This document shows, one piece after another, positions 38,526-55,130 of a stretch of DNA of 64,000 nt. Positions within the stretch are counted from its first letter, which is position 1; each line of letters opens with the position of its first letter. Source of the stretch: Octopus sinensis (Eukaryota); assembly GCF_006345805.1 (NCBI RefSeq), contig NC_043006.1:92132001-92196000 (forward strand), given 5' to 3'. The notes under the pieces are model-generated. The model ran no database searches and was not told the DNA's origin. It saw nothing but the letters and a program-made list of their open reading frames with translations. The position numbers and the translations under genes were made by a program.

Positions 38526-40202
38526 TAATAATAATAATATATAATGATATATATGCAACACACATGCGTTCATCTGATGGTAAGTTGCCCAAAACAAAGC
38601 TTGACGACCTCTGTTGTAGGAGTAGATCTAATGCATTTTTAGTCTAGATATACTTTTAAAAATATGTCTACATAAATAGTACGTTAGTTTTTGTGCGGCT
38701 TGAATTGTCTCTGGTGTAGGATCTTGGACCTTAGAATGTTCCTTCATACTTTGTTGAGGTTGGCACAGGGCGAAATGATTGGTATGTTACATAATCAGTA
38801 GAAAGTGTCCTATTGTAAGCTCTTGTGTGAGATTTAAGTCCAGCCTTAGACAAGCAGAATTTGCCCCAAATTGTACAAGTAGAAAATGTTCTACTAGGTC
38901 CATTTTCTCTTACTGACTGTGTTTTTCTTATTTTCCTCTTAACCTTTATCTATATTAGCCTGATTTGTTCAAAAGTTTTCGGACCATCCCAGGGTTCTGT
39001 TCGATTCATTTTTCCTGCAGCTGTCCGATTTTGAAGATCATATTTTTAGTGACTCTTTCTGCAGAAAATCTACATTGTGACTGATAAAATTCTTGAAGCT
39101 ATGAACTTATTAAACCGTTCAAAAGGACACGTTCTAGAACCCTACCCACAACAGACAAGGACATGCCCCTGAACTTATCTCATCGTTCCTTGGCATTATA
39201 TTTGAAAATTAAGGAATACCAAAATAACATCAACTCAGTCTTATGGTACCTCGTCCGTGTTGCAAGAATATGCGACCAATATGTATTTTGCTTTTAACTC
39301 AGCTCTGTAGTCTTGCGTTGATTTTTGTAGAGAATCTTCTATATCTTTCTAAATGCAGTGTACATTCTCCTCACACCCGACCCCATTTTCACACATCCAT
39401 TCTTACGACTTGCAGACGATTTCAAGAATAAGAGAAGAAATGAAACCATTAATGATTAATTTAATAGGAGCCGGAAGTGAATTTAGCCCTGTTTTTAACT
39501 GCTGAAAAAGAGAGATGATGACTATAAGTCGTATTAATCTATCCTATTGCAATATAAAAGACCACTTTATGTATTTGGCTGCAGTGCATTGCTGTAATCG
39601 CATTTAAATGGCTGAAATGCGTTCTTTTAGCTTTGGGGAAAGAAATAAGAATACAGAACAAAAATGAGCTCGTTAACATTTAAATGGAAGCGAAAGTTGC
39701 TCTGAACAGGTACTAATGTGGAATATTACATATCATGGCAAAATCATATCATTTTCGGAAGATCGATCTTCAGACAGTAATACGTTATCTGATGCAGAAA
39801 TGTAATGTTTAGCGCTTATCGTTGTGAGTCAAGTACTGTTACGTGAGAGACGAGAGAAATGTGAGATAGATTTCACATCTATTTGACAACTTTATACAAC
39901 TGCCACGATGAGCAGTGGGCGACGTCTGGAGATTGCATAGAAGCTTTGCATTGCATGTACTCGGCGCATGACAAAAGAAAGAGGGTCATGAGATGCATTG
40001 ACATATAATACACAACGGGGTACGGGTTTTATATAACAACAAGAGATGGCATACAAATGACTTGTTTGGTTCATTACCACACTAAATATCCTATCGGTGT
40101 ACAGCAATCGCATCTCCCACCCTCCCTGTCTCCATCACTCTCTCTCCCTCTCTCCCTGTATGTAGATATATATGTATATATACGCATATATATACATTCA
40201 TA

Positions 40203-40256
<54 letters not shown>

Positions 40257-41909
40257 CATATATATATCTGTGAAGAGGGTGGACGTTGTCTCACAAGAAA
40301 TTGTGCAGGCAAAAGTGTTGGTAAATGTGGTCGGATTGACCTGAAAATTTGCACACCTATGTTTAAAGTGGGAAGTTTGCAGGGCAACTTTGAGTTAGCT
40401 CAACTGAAAGGCGTGGCCTCTGGGGCAAAATTCCTCATCTTTAAAACGTAGCCCGAATGAAATAGGGTTATAATACTAGTATATGTATATATACACACAC
40501 ATGTTCATGGTGGCCTTCTGCACACTGTCCTTTTGTAAATTTAGTCTCATAAGTTATTAGTCAATCTTTGAGTGTTACGTGAAATAGACGAAATCAAACG
40601 TACCTAGTTTTTTTCATTCGCAAAATATGCATTTTTTTAAAGACAGTAAAAAATCTGAAAGTAGACTTCTAGTTACATTGCTTTGAAGGTATGATGTTAT
40701 AGAGAAAAACAAATTGGAGAAAAAAACTTACAGAGGTTTAAAATCGAAAAAAATCTGTACATTTTTAGCCAACAGTGAGACAGGAATTTTCTGCGTTTAG
40801 CGGAGCGGTGTCAACTTTAAAGTTGTAGCCTGTGAAATTTAGAGTTTAGCGTCTGACTTGTTCATTGTAGGCTTCTAAATAAACAGAAATGCCTAATAAA
40901 ATCCACATGTATCATCTTACTGTTTCTTTTGTCTCTTCCTTGATTGCATGTTTTTATTATTTTTTAAAATTTGTTATATTAATATATTTGTCTACTTGTG
41001 TTTATTTTATGCGTATTTCAGTATTATGTATACATGTCACGTATTTGTGTATATCATTAATATATAAGTGCATGTGGATGTATGTATCCATATATATGTT
41101 TATATGTACATTTATGCATTCATGTGTGCGTGTGTGTATGTGTGTGTGTGTGTGAAAAGAAGGCGTCTGTCTCCAAAACTCCATAGCTACAATAAGAATA
41201 ACATTGGTCATCAAAGAATTTGTCCCAAGGAAAAGAATGCCTGTATCCCATATGTTTTTGCATGCACAATTAAAATTATCTGTATCACCCCCAGCTTCTC
41301 TGTTCCATGACACCCATTTCGGTTCCTGTTTCGGTTCCTGTTGAAATGTGAAGCTAATGGTTTAAGAAATACTCCTAATTAAAATTTTTATTAACAGAAT
41401 TCTCCTAGTGAAATCATAAATCTAGCTATCTGAGTCAACGAGCTCCAAATTATATAAAATATAAAATATGCAAAAATACTAACACTCAGAAAAAAGCACA
41501 GAAAAATATGAAATATATTAACACAGAAAAATTAAATCAAAACACGAGGGTGAATAGAATCTCGTGGTGTGAAGAATTAAGTGTGAAAAATCAACATAGA
41601 CAACAGCGACACAGACAACAAACTGTTGACGCCACTGTGTCTTCATTGGCAAAAATTACCCCAATTTCCCAACTTTAATACCAAATAATATCAGATTCTT
41701 TAATCAAGAAGTAATTTGTTGATCGTAATCAAAGTTCAGAGTTGCATCGATACACCAATACTGAAAGCAATTTTAGCAAAATTAAGGGAGGGTCATTTTT
41801 CGAATGAGAAAGACTAGATCCGATCAAACTGAGAACTACTAGATTACGAGGTGAACTGCTGACCCACAGAACAGCCCTACATTTCATATAGCCTCAGTAA
41901 TGTTATTCG

Positions 41910-42365
41910 TTCAATAATCCTTTCTACTAAAGGCACGAGGGCTGAAATTTTGAGGGAGGGGGCCAGTGGATTACATCGAACCTTGTTTTGTACTGGCTCT
42001 TAATTTATCGACCCCCGAGAGGATTAAAGGCAAGTCGACCTCGGCGGATTTTGAACCCAGTACGTAAAGACAAACGAAATGCTGCTAAGTATTACGTTCG
42101 GCGTGCTAACGATTCTGCCTGCTTACCATCTGTTATGCGTTTAATAATCTTTTCTACTCTAGGCACAAGGCTTGAAATTTTGGGGAAGGGAGTCAGTCAA
42201 TTAGATCGACCCCAGTACGCAACTGATACTTAATTTTTCAACCTCGAAAGGATGAAAGGCAAAGTCGACCTCGGCGAAATTTGAACTCAGAACGTAAAAG
42301 CAGACGAAGTACCACAAAGCCTTTCGCCGGCGTGCTAACGTTTCTACTAGCTCACCGCCTTTATG
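41910..42365 (-). mobile_element. Two adjacent SINE family B copies, minus strand
   Basis: aaaggcaagtcgacctcggcgga...ttgaac at ~42030 and ~42260. Confidence 0.8.
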
Positions 42366-42599
42366 CGTTTAACAACATCTTCACCGAATTTATCAGAGTG
42401 TCTTAACCGAATTGTATATCATTGCCACGAAGTCAGAGGCAATGATATGCTGAGTATTAAATGATTAATTCACAAATGCTTTAAATAACTACACGTGGAA
42501 TTAATTGTAATAGTGATAACCGACTCCCAGCAAAAAATATAAAATAAGGAAATTACATCAAAAGTGAACTACACTGGATCCACTTCACAATAATTCTCT

Positions 42600-43050
42600 C
42601 TCCTTCACACACGCTACCACTATGACGGTTTCACTAAAAGCCACACATTCCTCATTTTATTAATTATCTTGATCCACACGCAGCCAAAAATATCTAATCT
42701 TTTATCTCTCGCTTCTTCCTATTGCCCAGCAACCACACTATGTGTTCTAACTGAAATATAACCACCCTGTTTAATTATAATCAATTCCCCAATACAACTA
42801 ATCTCTCTCTGTGATCTGTGTACTAGCAAGAAATAATTACGCTGAGTACGGATCAATGCCCTTCTTCATTCTTCGTCTCTTTCTGATGAGTTTACCAATC
42901 TTTGAACGCCCCCATCCAACAGCGATTCTTTGACTGTCATCTAAATCTCCTCATGAATGACACATGCTTTAAGCTTCTCTGAAATTATCGTCTTGATGAT
43001 TTTATTTTTCAATACTCACAAATGATTAGCACTCACCACAGCAGGCGCAG
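42600..43050 (-). pseudogene. Possible heavily decayed LINE reverse-transcriptase relic
   Basis: Minus-strand fragments IIKTIISEKLK, KQGGYISVRT and EEARDKRLDIF loosely follow the RT domain 2-3 order; many stops and frameshifts. Confidence 0.25.
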
Positions 43051-45471
43051 AAGCCGAAATTCAGCCATTCTAATCTCCCTGCAAGAAATAGTGCCGTCAA
43101 CTATGGACATTGCAGATTGACAACCAGAAGCTCTAGCACTAATATCTTTTACGCTTCTCTGAATCTAGCCTTCACCAAATCCAAATTGCATGTTTGCCTA
43201 CTGTAATGCCGATCACAGCTTAGTTACAGATAATAAACATTAACATACAGCACAGCATTCACATCCGTCAAACCTTAAGGTAATTCAAGACAACTACCTG
43301 ATCACAGCTCGATCAGTTTTGATTTACCTATATATGGCAATTAAATCCTCTCTAAAGCTATATTAAAAACTTAAGAAGGTAGCCAAAAGCAATCCTCTTA
43401 GACACATCCCATTACATTTGTCCCACAACGAAAACATATATCCACAATCTCCGACGTGCTCTGCAGGCGTAGAATCTGTTTAAAAAGTGGAAATTATGAA
43501 AAATATAATCAACAAAAGAAAATTACCGACTTTTATCAATTGAGTGAATGTTAATCACACTCATACAGACGATGCGAATAAACCACGCGAAAATTAAAAT
43601 AAAGTTTTGGAAATCAAAGAAGCAAGAATATTCTCATCCAACAAAATTACAGTCGCTCTTGTCACTTCTTATTCGTCTTTCCCCAACCAAGATGGTTCTG
43701 TAGGTAATAATATTACACGGGAAAGAGATTCATATTGATTGACCCTTTCCTTGCAACTCATATATCGAGGGCAGTGTTTGATTTTTCTCACTTCTAACCC
43801 CACTCCATAAATGTATATGCACTCCCCCATTCGGGACAAACTCTTTATTTAAATGAAGATCTTTCAGGATTTCGGAAACAAGTAGCCGCTTGATCCATTC
43901 CCAAGAAGAATAACATTCTGAACTCCGCCTAGCTATTGATATAGAATTTTGACGTAGAATATCATCTGAATGGTGTTAGAATCTATCATTCACAATTCCT
44001 TTTTCCAAAATCCTCAGCACATATTCAGTTTCAACAACGTATTCGTAGAATGACGTAGAATGGCGACATGCTCTCCTAATTTTATCATCACCATCCAATG
44101 TTCCTTAAGAAAATGAAATAACATAAGGATTTCCTTGTTATCCCGTGTGTCAGTTGGCTTCATTTGCCAATCATCTTTTAAATCATATGCTTCTTCTCAC
44201 ACGCCCCTATTGCAAGGGGAATTCACAGTGTCAGTGATTTAGACGCCATGAACTCTGGTGCGCACCAAGAATCAGTTATTTAAGCCATATCTTCCCCATG
44301 TAGACTAACGACTCACTTGCTCCTACCACTGAACTCCTTCTTACAAGTCCTTATGTAGACATTGTCTACATGCAACCTGGACATGTGCGATCAACTTGCA
44401 CATATTCTAGGAACAGAAAGTTCGAAAACATTCTCCGATGTAGAAAAGAAAAGACAATCTTTTTCAACAGAGAAACGGGACAATCACTTCTCAGAGCCAG
44501 AAAATAATTTCACATCTGTTGTACATTCTCAGGCAACACGCATTTTACATTGTTAATGTCGTTCCGAATGGTCAGTCACATGGCATGGATTATCCTTCCT
44601 AGTCATCTTACATAACAGAGCAAATCCATATTGTAAACACTAACATATTTTCTCCGGTCAGTATGCCAGCTCGATCAAATATTGATATATACAAATTTCA
44701 AATAATGTTTCTTCTAAGTCAATAGTACTGCAGTCTTTGCTCAAACATCTTGCTCTGCATCTACAGGGACATACGAATGATTGATAAAAATTAATTTACT
44801 AGCTCATTAGAGCCCCTGAATCAATGATCGATTTATTCACTATTCACTTAATATTTCTATTCTAGCGCTATTGCAAGGCTATATATTCCTCTGATCTAAC
44901 AGCTTATAGACCACCTCGACCAAGAACAATCGACAAACACCTCTAACAAGAACAATCGACAAACACGTCTATCTATAACACGTTATCATAACTTTGTTTT
45001 AGCCTTTTCACTCCAAACAAATTTCCTCTCCAAGTCTTTAACTGCAAAGTTTAGCCATCTGTAATTATTCTTTACGTTTTCCCCACAAGACTAAGCCATA
45101 AAACGTATGGCGATGTTTGCTAAGTCTTTTCAATGCAAATATATTTACGATAGTGATATCACTTCTATGAAGCGAAAATAATAAAATTACTTATGCTTTC
45201 CTCTACAAAACTGTTTCATGATTCTGAAGTTTGTTTTTTAGCATTGAGAACTAAACTGAGTGTAAATAAGTAATATGTTCTAATAGAGGATGCGTTACAT
45301 AGGTCTGTTAGTGATCTTCTGTTTTATTTATATTCCATTCAAAGATGAGCAGAGCAATTTAGGGCTAAAATAATTCGGTAGAAATATCAAAGTTTTTCCT
45401 TCCGAGCAAATCACCCTTCTTTTGCTTCACAACGTAAATTGTATTTGGTTACTTGTAAATAATCGGAGCAG

Positions 45472-45571
<100 letters not shown>

Positions 45572-46911
45572 ATATATATAACTCAAGGAGGCAATATGTT
45601 TCTTTGTTGTATCTACTGAAGCATAGTATTTTATGAATATAGAGGTATTTGTCGACGACATGGTCGAGAGAATTAGGAATGGGCAGTTTGAAAATACTAT
45701 CACATATCACAGTATATCATAAATGTCAGGTTCCTCATATTTAGAAGCATTTCAAAAAGATTATGGCTTAGAAGATTGTGATACATATCCAAAATACCTG
45801 TAAAGGAATTTAATTAGCTTAAAAGGAATTCTTACCATCACTATATTAGAGTGAACATTTATCCGCGGGCATTCTAGTGTCTGTATAGGCTTCACATTCC
45901 ATTAGTCGTTTTCAATTTCACTCGGACCCCTTACGGCATGAGAAAACCTCTAACTTCTCATACAGAACAGTTCCCTTGTTGCTTAACTAATTCTAATTGC
46001 AAGACCTCGAAGCACTTCATTCTTTAACTCACACTTTGCATCAATCAATAAAACTTTATCCTTATACATCTCCCTCAGAATGTGAACAACATTTCGAGAA
46101 TATAGTTGAAGTTTATCAAGCTGGTCGGTGGCAGAATCGTTAGAAAAACATTGAAACGTTGTATGCGATGTGTTGTTGCGATTACGAATCCCACCACATT
46201 GTCAAGGTTGCTTTTCACGCTTCCAATGTCGATAAAACTCCTGACAGGTGATACCGTTTGTACAACATTCGATGGAATTGAAAAGAGATCAATTAAAACA
46301 TTTAATTATAGAATGTTTGTACATTCATTACATCAACGAATTCCTTATAAGCAGGTATCCCGAGATTTCCCTCCGTTTACTAACCTCATTAAGCTAGAAT
46401 GAGATTTGTGGATTCGTTGGTATTTTCAGCATTATCTGCTGTTGTTTCTAAGCAAAAAATCAAAAACCTTTTAGATAGGTTTTGCGATATCATTATATAC
46501 TCATTACCCATTTGTTGAAGTAGGGATATGTATTTTATATATGAACAGTCCAAACAGTGCAGTTGTGTTTGGATCTTGACTCGAAAGCAACCTGAAGAAA
46601 ACAACGGATATGTCTTCAGCATGTAGATTTCATCTCTGAACTGTATTGAACAACAATTGGCGAGAGTTAGGAATGGTGATTCTACAGAAGAAATAAAGTG
46701 GAAATATTGATGCTATGTATCATTATTAAATATATGGTTGAAAATATCTCTCCTCCTCTCTCTCCATCAATCATTCTATCTATGTATCTATTTACTCACA
46801 TACACACACCACACACACACACAGACTAACAAACACGCACACCACGCTTATAAACACGCAGACACATAGTCAAACACATTAAATATATATATTTATTTAT
46901 ATATTTAAATA

Positions 46912-46988
<77 letters not shown>

Positions 46989-47003
46989 CTATATATATAT
47001 ATG

Positions 47004-47059
<56 letters not shown>

Positions 47060-47337
47060 CATATACTGTTCGTTCTGGGGAGAGTCATTCTCTTTTGGTG
47101 TCTTATAATTTAACACACTCACCGGTAAAATTTCTCCTTATTTCTTTTTTATTTTACTAAAGTTTTCGTTGCATCTTTCAACATTTTCAATATTTTTCAC
47201 TTTATTGAAAAGGTTGCAAGACGCAACGAAAATCTTAGTAACATAAAGATGGGAATAAGTGGAAATTTTACCGGTGAATGTGTTAAATTAGAAAGTACTA
47301 AAGAGAATGACTCTCCCCAGACACAACAGAATATGTT
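47060..47337. repeat. Imperfect fold-back inverted repeat (~130-bp arms)
   Basis: ctggggagagtcattctc...ccggtaaaatttc...ttttcaata pairs with tattgaaaagg...gaaattttaccgg...gagaatgactctccccag; follows (TA)n. Confidence 0.9.
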
Positions 47338-47388
47338 TCAATACACGAACTCACATAAAGAATCTCCCAACCCAAAACAAAAAACGAA

Positions 47389-47428
<40 letters not shown>

Positions 47429-47989
47429 CACACACACACACACACACACATATATATCTATATATATATATATATACATATCCATATCCATATCCATGTG
47501 TAAACCTCTTTGAGGAGGATACATGCGCCGTAACAGTTTTAGGCTTCTATGGTAGTTTAGGCAAACCTCTGACACGTAGCAGGATAATATATTTGATATA
47601 TTCTAGAAGTATATTTAATATTTCATGAAACGACACTGAGAAGAATTTTCGAGTGAATTTATTTCGACTATTTTTTTTTTTTTTTTTTTTGTAATTGATG
47701 CTCCTAAAAGCTAAATTATCAGGGGATTATTTTCATTAACGAATCGGTTTCTATCTTCGGGTCCGCCATTTCAAAAAGGAAATAAAAGCCATAATAAGCA
47801 ATCACAAACATAAAAAGTAGTGTGCAACGAACCTTTGTAGAATTACTTCTTCAGAAGTGCACTCTAGGATTAAAATTTTAATGATGTGCTGTCCAAACTA
47901 AATTTATTTTACATTCCATTTTATTTGGTAGAAGCGGTTTAACAAAAAAACAAAACAAATATAAATATATTAATAGGCGTTTCAGTGAC

Positions 47990-49720
<1,731 letters not shown>

Positions 49721-51619
49721 GAGAGAGAGATAACGTGCATTGACGAACGTGACTTGTTATTAAAGAAATATTTAAGTATTTAAATGCAACCATACATCAG
49801 ATTCTCGTTAAGTTCTATTTATAAGTTTATTATAATGTATTATATATTTTATATAAGAGATAATCAATTCTAACGTAGTTGTGTATATTAATTCATTTTA
49901 GTGAACGCAATGCATGTAGGCTTCCAAATTCTGTCAAGAAAATTTAATTGCTTGCATAATGATAGAATATCGTAGATTTACACAAGAGGAAATGGAATTT
50001 TGAGATGTTCACGCTTCCGTACAGGAATAGATCTTGTACAAGACAAGTAAGCGCTATAATTCGAGTAGTCGTCAAAAGTGAGATTGTAATAGCACTCAGC
50101 TTTTTTCACTCCGTTAATTTTGAAATGATACAGAGTGGTGGATAGTAGAGCTATTAAATTATCGAGCAAAATATTTTGCAGTAATTTTACAGTTTGAGTT
50201 CAAATCCGAAAGAATGGCTTGTTTTTACGTTATATAATTTCCAGAGCAAGTCATTTAAAAAGACCAACGAAAGGTATAGGGTTCGACTTAATTGACTCTC
50301 TCTCGTCAAACGTGTACCTTTATACGCATACTAAAAAATCGATCTTTAAACAGACTGGTTTCTAGTTTATTGGCACATCTTCCATTTGGTGTTCTAGCCT
50401 TCTGTCTCTCTGAATATGTGGAACTGTATTCAAAGAATTTGTGTGTATTTACTGTTGCATCTATTATGTTCTATGTAGGGAGGTTAGCTGCCAGAATCGG
50501 TAGAGGCTTGGACACGAAGATTTACATATTTCCTCTCACTTTTAATATTATTTATTCAAATTAAACGGGGTGAACTTGGAAAGCATTCTTCTGCGGTTGA
50601 TAAGAAAACGGTTCGGTGAATTACTGGAATTGATGGTGCCGACTTTTCTCTCTTTAAATTTGCTAACATTGTGATGGAATTAAGAGAATACTATTTCTTA
50701 TATATATCGTATCTTTCTAGTATTCGACAAATCTAGGGCGACGGAATTGCAGAGTCTGGGACAAAATGCCTTGTGAGAATTAATCCAGCATTTAATGTTC
50801 GGAGTTCAAATTCGACGGAGTTGGATTTGCCTTTCATCCGTTGCAGATCGATGTAATAAAGTCCTTGTCAAGTGCTAGAGGATCTTTGTTAGTTTCAAAT
50901 ATTCTTGAAAACGTAAGGGTTTCCATAGAGACCTAATGGGTCTGCCTCGTTATATTTGCAACATAATTTACTTCGTTTTGTAGCACGCACTCTGTATCGA
51001 TGCCAAGGGAAGTTTCCTGAAACATGGAACCTATTATGAGGTGTTCCTGCCATACCAATCCATTCAACCACAGTAAACCCGTATTGCTTTAGATAGATGT
51101 TATGCTTAGACAGACAGACAGACAAATAGATAGATGGATAGATAGGTAGGTAGGTAGCTAGTTAGATAGCGTTATTATATTCTTTCCATTCTTATTGCTT
51201 TTCAGGACTTTTGCTCACTTTACGCTGTATTTCCTTTTCTCTTTATCACCGACTTCACTGCGTTGTGTCTTCTTTGCATACTTTACCTTAGTTTTTGGAG
51301 AAAATACTATTTTTTCTTTACAAAGAGAAGCGATTGTTTTTCCTTTCATAGGTTCTTCTAACATATTTCAGAAATAACATTTCCTAAGATACAAGTTTTG
51401 ATGATTCTGCACATGCAAAACGATTAAAGATCTTCCGAACACTTTCGAAGAAAGTAGTTGTCGTCGATCAATTTAAGATATGATATATTTTTTATCATTT
51501 CTTGTTTTAAGACATTAGATTTCGCAGGGCCTTTTGCGATACATTACAGTATTTAGGTTTGATATTGTCAAATAAATCCTAGAGATCTGCTAAATGCGTG
51601 CTGAAAGTCTACCACTCCA

Positions 51620-51830
51620 TCTGTTACAACGATGTCGGTTCCATTTGACCCGATAAGAGGAACATCTTTCTCGTACAAGTAACGTACAAGTGGCTGAGTA
51701 CTCCAGCGACATACGTTCTCTTAACGTAGTTCTCAAGGAGATTCAGTGTGACACAAAATGATATACTTCTGGCCCCCTTTGAATTACAGGTACCAGCTGA
51801 GTGACATGGAGCAACAAGAAATAAAGTAAA
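51620..51830. mobile_element. Probable third SINE-type repeat
   Basis: ctccatctgttacaacg...gtggctgagtactcc...gagattcagtgtgacac; recognised from memory as a dispersed cephalopod-type repeat, single copy here. Confidence 0.35.
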
Positions 51831-51861
51831 TTTTTTACAATGGATGTTGTATGGTGTTATC

Positions 51862-51903
51862 ACAACGTTTCGGCTGATGTATTCTCCAGACTTCATCAGT
51901 TGT
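51862..51903 (-). ncRNA. Hammerhead-like motif
   Basis: Minus strand acaa-CTGATGA-a-gtctgg-agaataca-tcagcc-GAAA-cg-TT-gtg. The core is intact but stem I closure is poor. Confidence 0.45.
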
Positions 51904-53994
51904 CCTGATGGAATTTCGTACCAAACCCTTTATTTGACGAATGGAGTAAACTGTACTCATTCCTATGTTGATGATGTTATTTTTCTGCTACAATGGACTT
52001 ATCAGTCAATTGTAAATAATTCCTTATCCTAAAAATATACAATAGGAAATAAAGTGTCTTGCTCAAGGATACAACGCACCGCCAGGAATCAAACTTGCGA
52101 GTTGAATAAGCTAACCTCTAAGCGACGCGGCTTCAAGTGCTGAGTGTAAAACGTTCAAGGACGAAGTCAACAACATATCCTCAATTTGATCCACTGAATA
52201 TCATCTGAAAACGAAGACAGTGAATCGGTTGTAACAACAACAGCAGCAGCACTATACGAGGTTCAGGTATCAAACCGTTTATGATGTTCGGAATTAGAGT
52301 CTCCTGCAAGCATTACAAAATTAGAGAGCCAAACTCAAACATCAATTTCAAAATCGGTGACTAAGATATTCTATACCCATCTCAACCCTCGAAATTTTTG
52401 AGGGAGCTACAGTACGAATATCCTGAGTGACCATGACCTGGATGTCTCCTATGATCTTGCCTCAACGTTATAATACTGACTAATGTCATCACTTAATACA
52501 TAATCTTTGGTGACACAGCATAAAGGCTGTTGATACATCAAATCCTTCAGAAATTGCTGATTGTAGGAGAGTATTCTGTGGAATTACTATAAGTTGCTTA
52601 TTTAAATAAAGACCACGAGTGTTTACACATAAATTTGAAGATCCTGGTCCTATAGGTAATCTACGCCAGTTTGCTTTATGTATTTAGTAGGCGATATCAT
52701 TTGTTATTACTTTCTGCTGTTTTCCAGCACATGAGTCGTTGCTAAGACGTTTCAGAGCTCAGCAGCCATATTTTCCAGCTATGTCAGTAAAGAAAAATAG
52801 TTTTTCTTCATTATGCTTCGTGAAAATATTTTGTAGTAAATATTTCATTTATTTGTTAGAGAGGTTTTCTTCCTAGTTCTGCTTTATGTTCACTATAATT
52901 CGCTTTCCGCCGTAAGTAGCTGCAGATATGATATTTCTAAATTTGTTTTTATTTCATCCTTCTCAAGATTAATCTCCGGTTTGTTCATATTGTTCGTACA
53001 TTCCTTTTTTCAGTTTCTAAGCAGAGAGTGAGTTCTGTCAATTTGAATAGAAGAGCGAAAAATTGTAATTTTTTGTGTATCCGTATTTCGCAACAGAAGT
53101 GTGAACTCTATATTTGCAAAAATAAATGGAAGAGAATTGTTAAGTTTTGTGAATTGCACTGAGCTGGCAGATTTCGTTGATAAATGATCAGCACTTGATG
53201 TCATGCATACAGGAGTGGTGAGAGTTCGCTGTTAATATTTCCATTGGATTCAAATGTAGAGTTGCTTTTACGTTCCGTGGCAATGCTTCACTTGTATACA
53301 AAATTTGTATTTCAGCTTCTTCTTTTTTATGTTTGCTTGCATCATTACACCGCAGCCATGCCGGGGTAACTCCTCAAAGTGTGTTTGCTGACTAAATCAA
53401 ACTCAGCATAACATTTTTAAAAGTCGGGGATATTTTCAATCAATAACTCCTGAAATTCTTCAAAATGTCTAGAAATAACAGTCAAAACCACAATAAAGCT
53501 ACTATAAACACTCATATTATATCTCCTCAACAATAAATGCTGTCGGCGAGCGACATGACATTTTAAGAACCAAAAATAGAACTATTCTTCGTGTCAGGAG
53601 AACATTCCTGTACATAGAGATTAACACAAAAAATACACCTTAACATATATCCCAACCGGCAAGAATAATGTATCAACGTTCTTCCACACAATTCAAATTC
53701 TGATTTCAAACGACATGCACAGCATTTATAAGAAGAGGAAATTTAATAATTAAGGGGATAAAATACGAGCGTTAATATTGAGTTTGACTGCTATTTCTAG
53801 ACATGTAAGTGTCTTTATAAACTCTGTCCGTTATAATTGTGAGTCATTCACAATTATGCATTATATATATATGTAGTAAAAGCAATTAAGATTCAAGTGA
53901 GTTCCGTTGAATTCACATGAATGCGGTACTTAACTTAGATGCACCAGAAATATATATGGTATTAACCATAAGATAATGCGGGGTGGTTATAAAT

Positions 53995-54190
53995 AAGAAA
54001 AAAGCAACAAAAATGGATAAGTTTTTCAGTACAATTGTTTCATACGAAGGCCAGCTTTATTAAAGGCTGCAAATATTGCAGCAAATACAAGTGAGTTGTA
54101 TTTGCTGCAATATTTGCAGCCTTTAATAAAGCTGGTCTTCGTATGAAACAATTGTACTGAAAAACTTATCCATTTTTGTTGCTTTTTTCT

Positions 54191-54191
<1 letters not shown>
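53995..54191. repeat. Near-perfect fold-back (96-bp arms, 5-nt loop) at the end of a dispersed element
   Basis: 53995-54090 pairs with 54096-54191 with one mismatch. The element continues leftward (53915-54050) and is homologous to 8990-9125. Confidence 0.95.
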
Positions 54192-54243
<52 letters not shown>

Positions 54244-54444
54244 CTTATCCATTACAGGATTTTATATAGAATATTCTTTTTTTAGGTTTTAGATATCGCA
54301 ATTTTCAAATTCTTCGCATTTAAATTGGTGGTAAGATGGTGCCCATTTTAGATTTGGTTACGTGTGATTTTGCCAGACGGTACAAAATGTAATACAGTGT
54401 GCACTGATCAGGAAGGTATTTATTTAAGGTATTCGATATTCTTT

Positions 54445-54838
54445 TCTACTCTGGGTACCAGGCCCGAAATTGTTGGGGAGGGGGTCAGTCGATTATATCG
54501 ACCTCAGTATGAAATTGGTACTTAATTTATCGACCCCGAAAGGATGAAAGGCAAAGTCGACCTCGAAGGAATTTGAACTCAGAACGTAGCGGCAGACGAA
54601 ATACCTATTTCTTTACTCCCCACAAGGGGCTAAACACAGAGGGGACAAACAAGGACAGACAAACGGATCAATTCGATTACATCGACCCCAGTGCGTAACT
54701 GGTACTTATTTAATCGACTCCGAAAGGATGAAAGGCAAAGTCGACTTCGGCGGAATTTGAACTCAGAACGTAACGGCAGACGAAATACCACTAAGCATTT
54801 CGTCCGGTGTGTAACGTTTCTGACAGCTCGCCGCCTTA
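54445..54838 (-). mobile_element. SINE family B, dimeric internal unit
   Basis: Junction gaaatacctatttctttact at ~54600. Confidence 0.85.
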
Positions 54839-54949
54839 AGGTATTCGATATTATTTGTCTCTGCTATATTCTTGAAATATTTGTGCATGTACCATACAAA
54901 TTAGTATATATGGAAACACTGCTTTTAATATTATAAACGTGAAATAAGG

Positions 54950-55130
54950 AGACGAGCTGGCAGAATCTTTACCACGCTAGGCAAAATACTTGGTGGCATT
55001 TTGTTCGTTTTTACGTCCTGACTTTAAATTCCGCCGTGGCCGGCTTTACCATTCGTCCTCTCGGGGTCACTATAATAAGTAATAGTTGAGCACTAAGATC
55101 GATGTAATCGACAAAGTGCCCCGAACCAAA
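54950..55130 (+). mobile_element. SINE family B, diverged, head-to-head with the copy at 54445
   Basis: gagctggcagaatc...aaattccgcc...tcggggtc. Confidence 0.7.

Noticed and set aside
44921-44968. Short tandem duplication (caagaacaatcgacaaacac x2); similar small duplications at ~41325 and ~63425
   Set aside because: Ordinary slippage-type duplications with no further structure.
50358-50499. Hydrophobic ORF with GRLAARIGRG resembling MFS motif A
   Set aside because: Weak splice sites, lacks the conserved Asp, and has no supporting exons.
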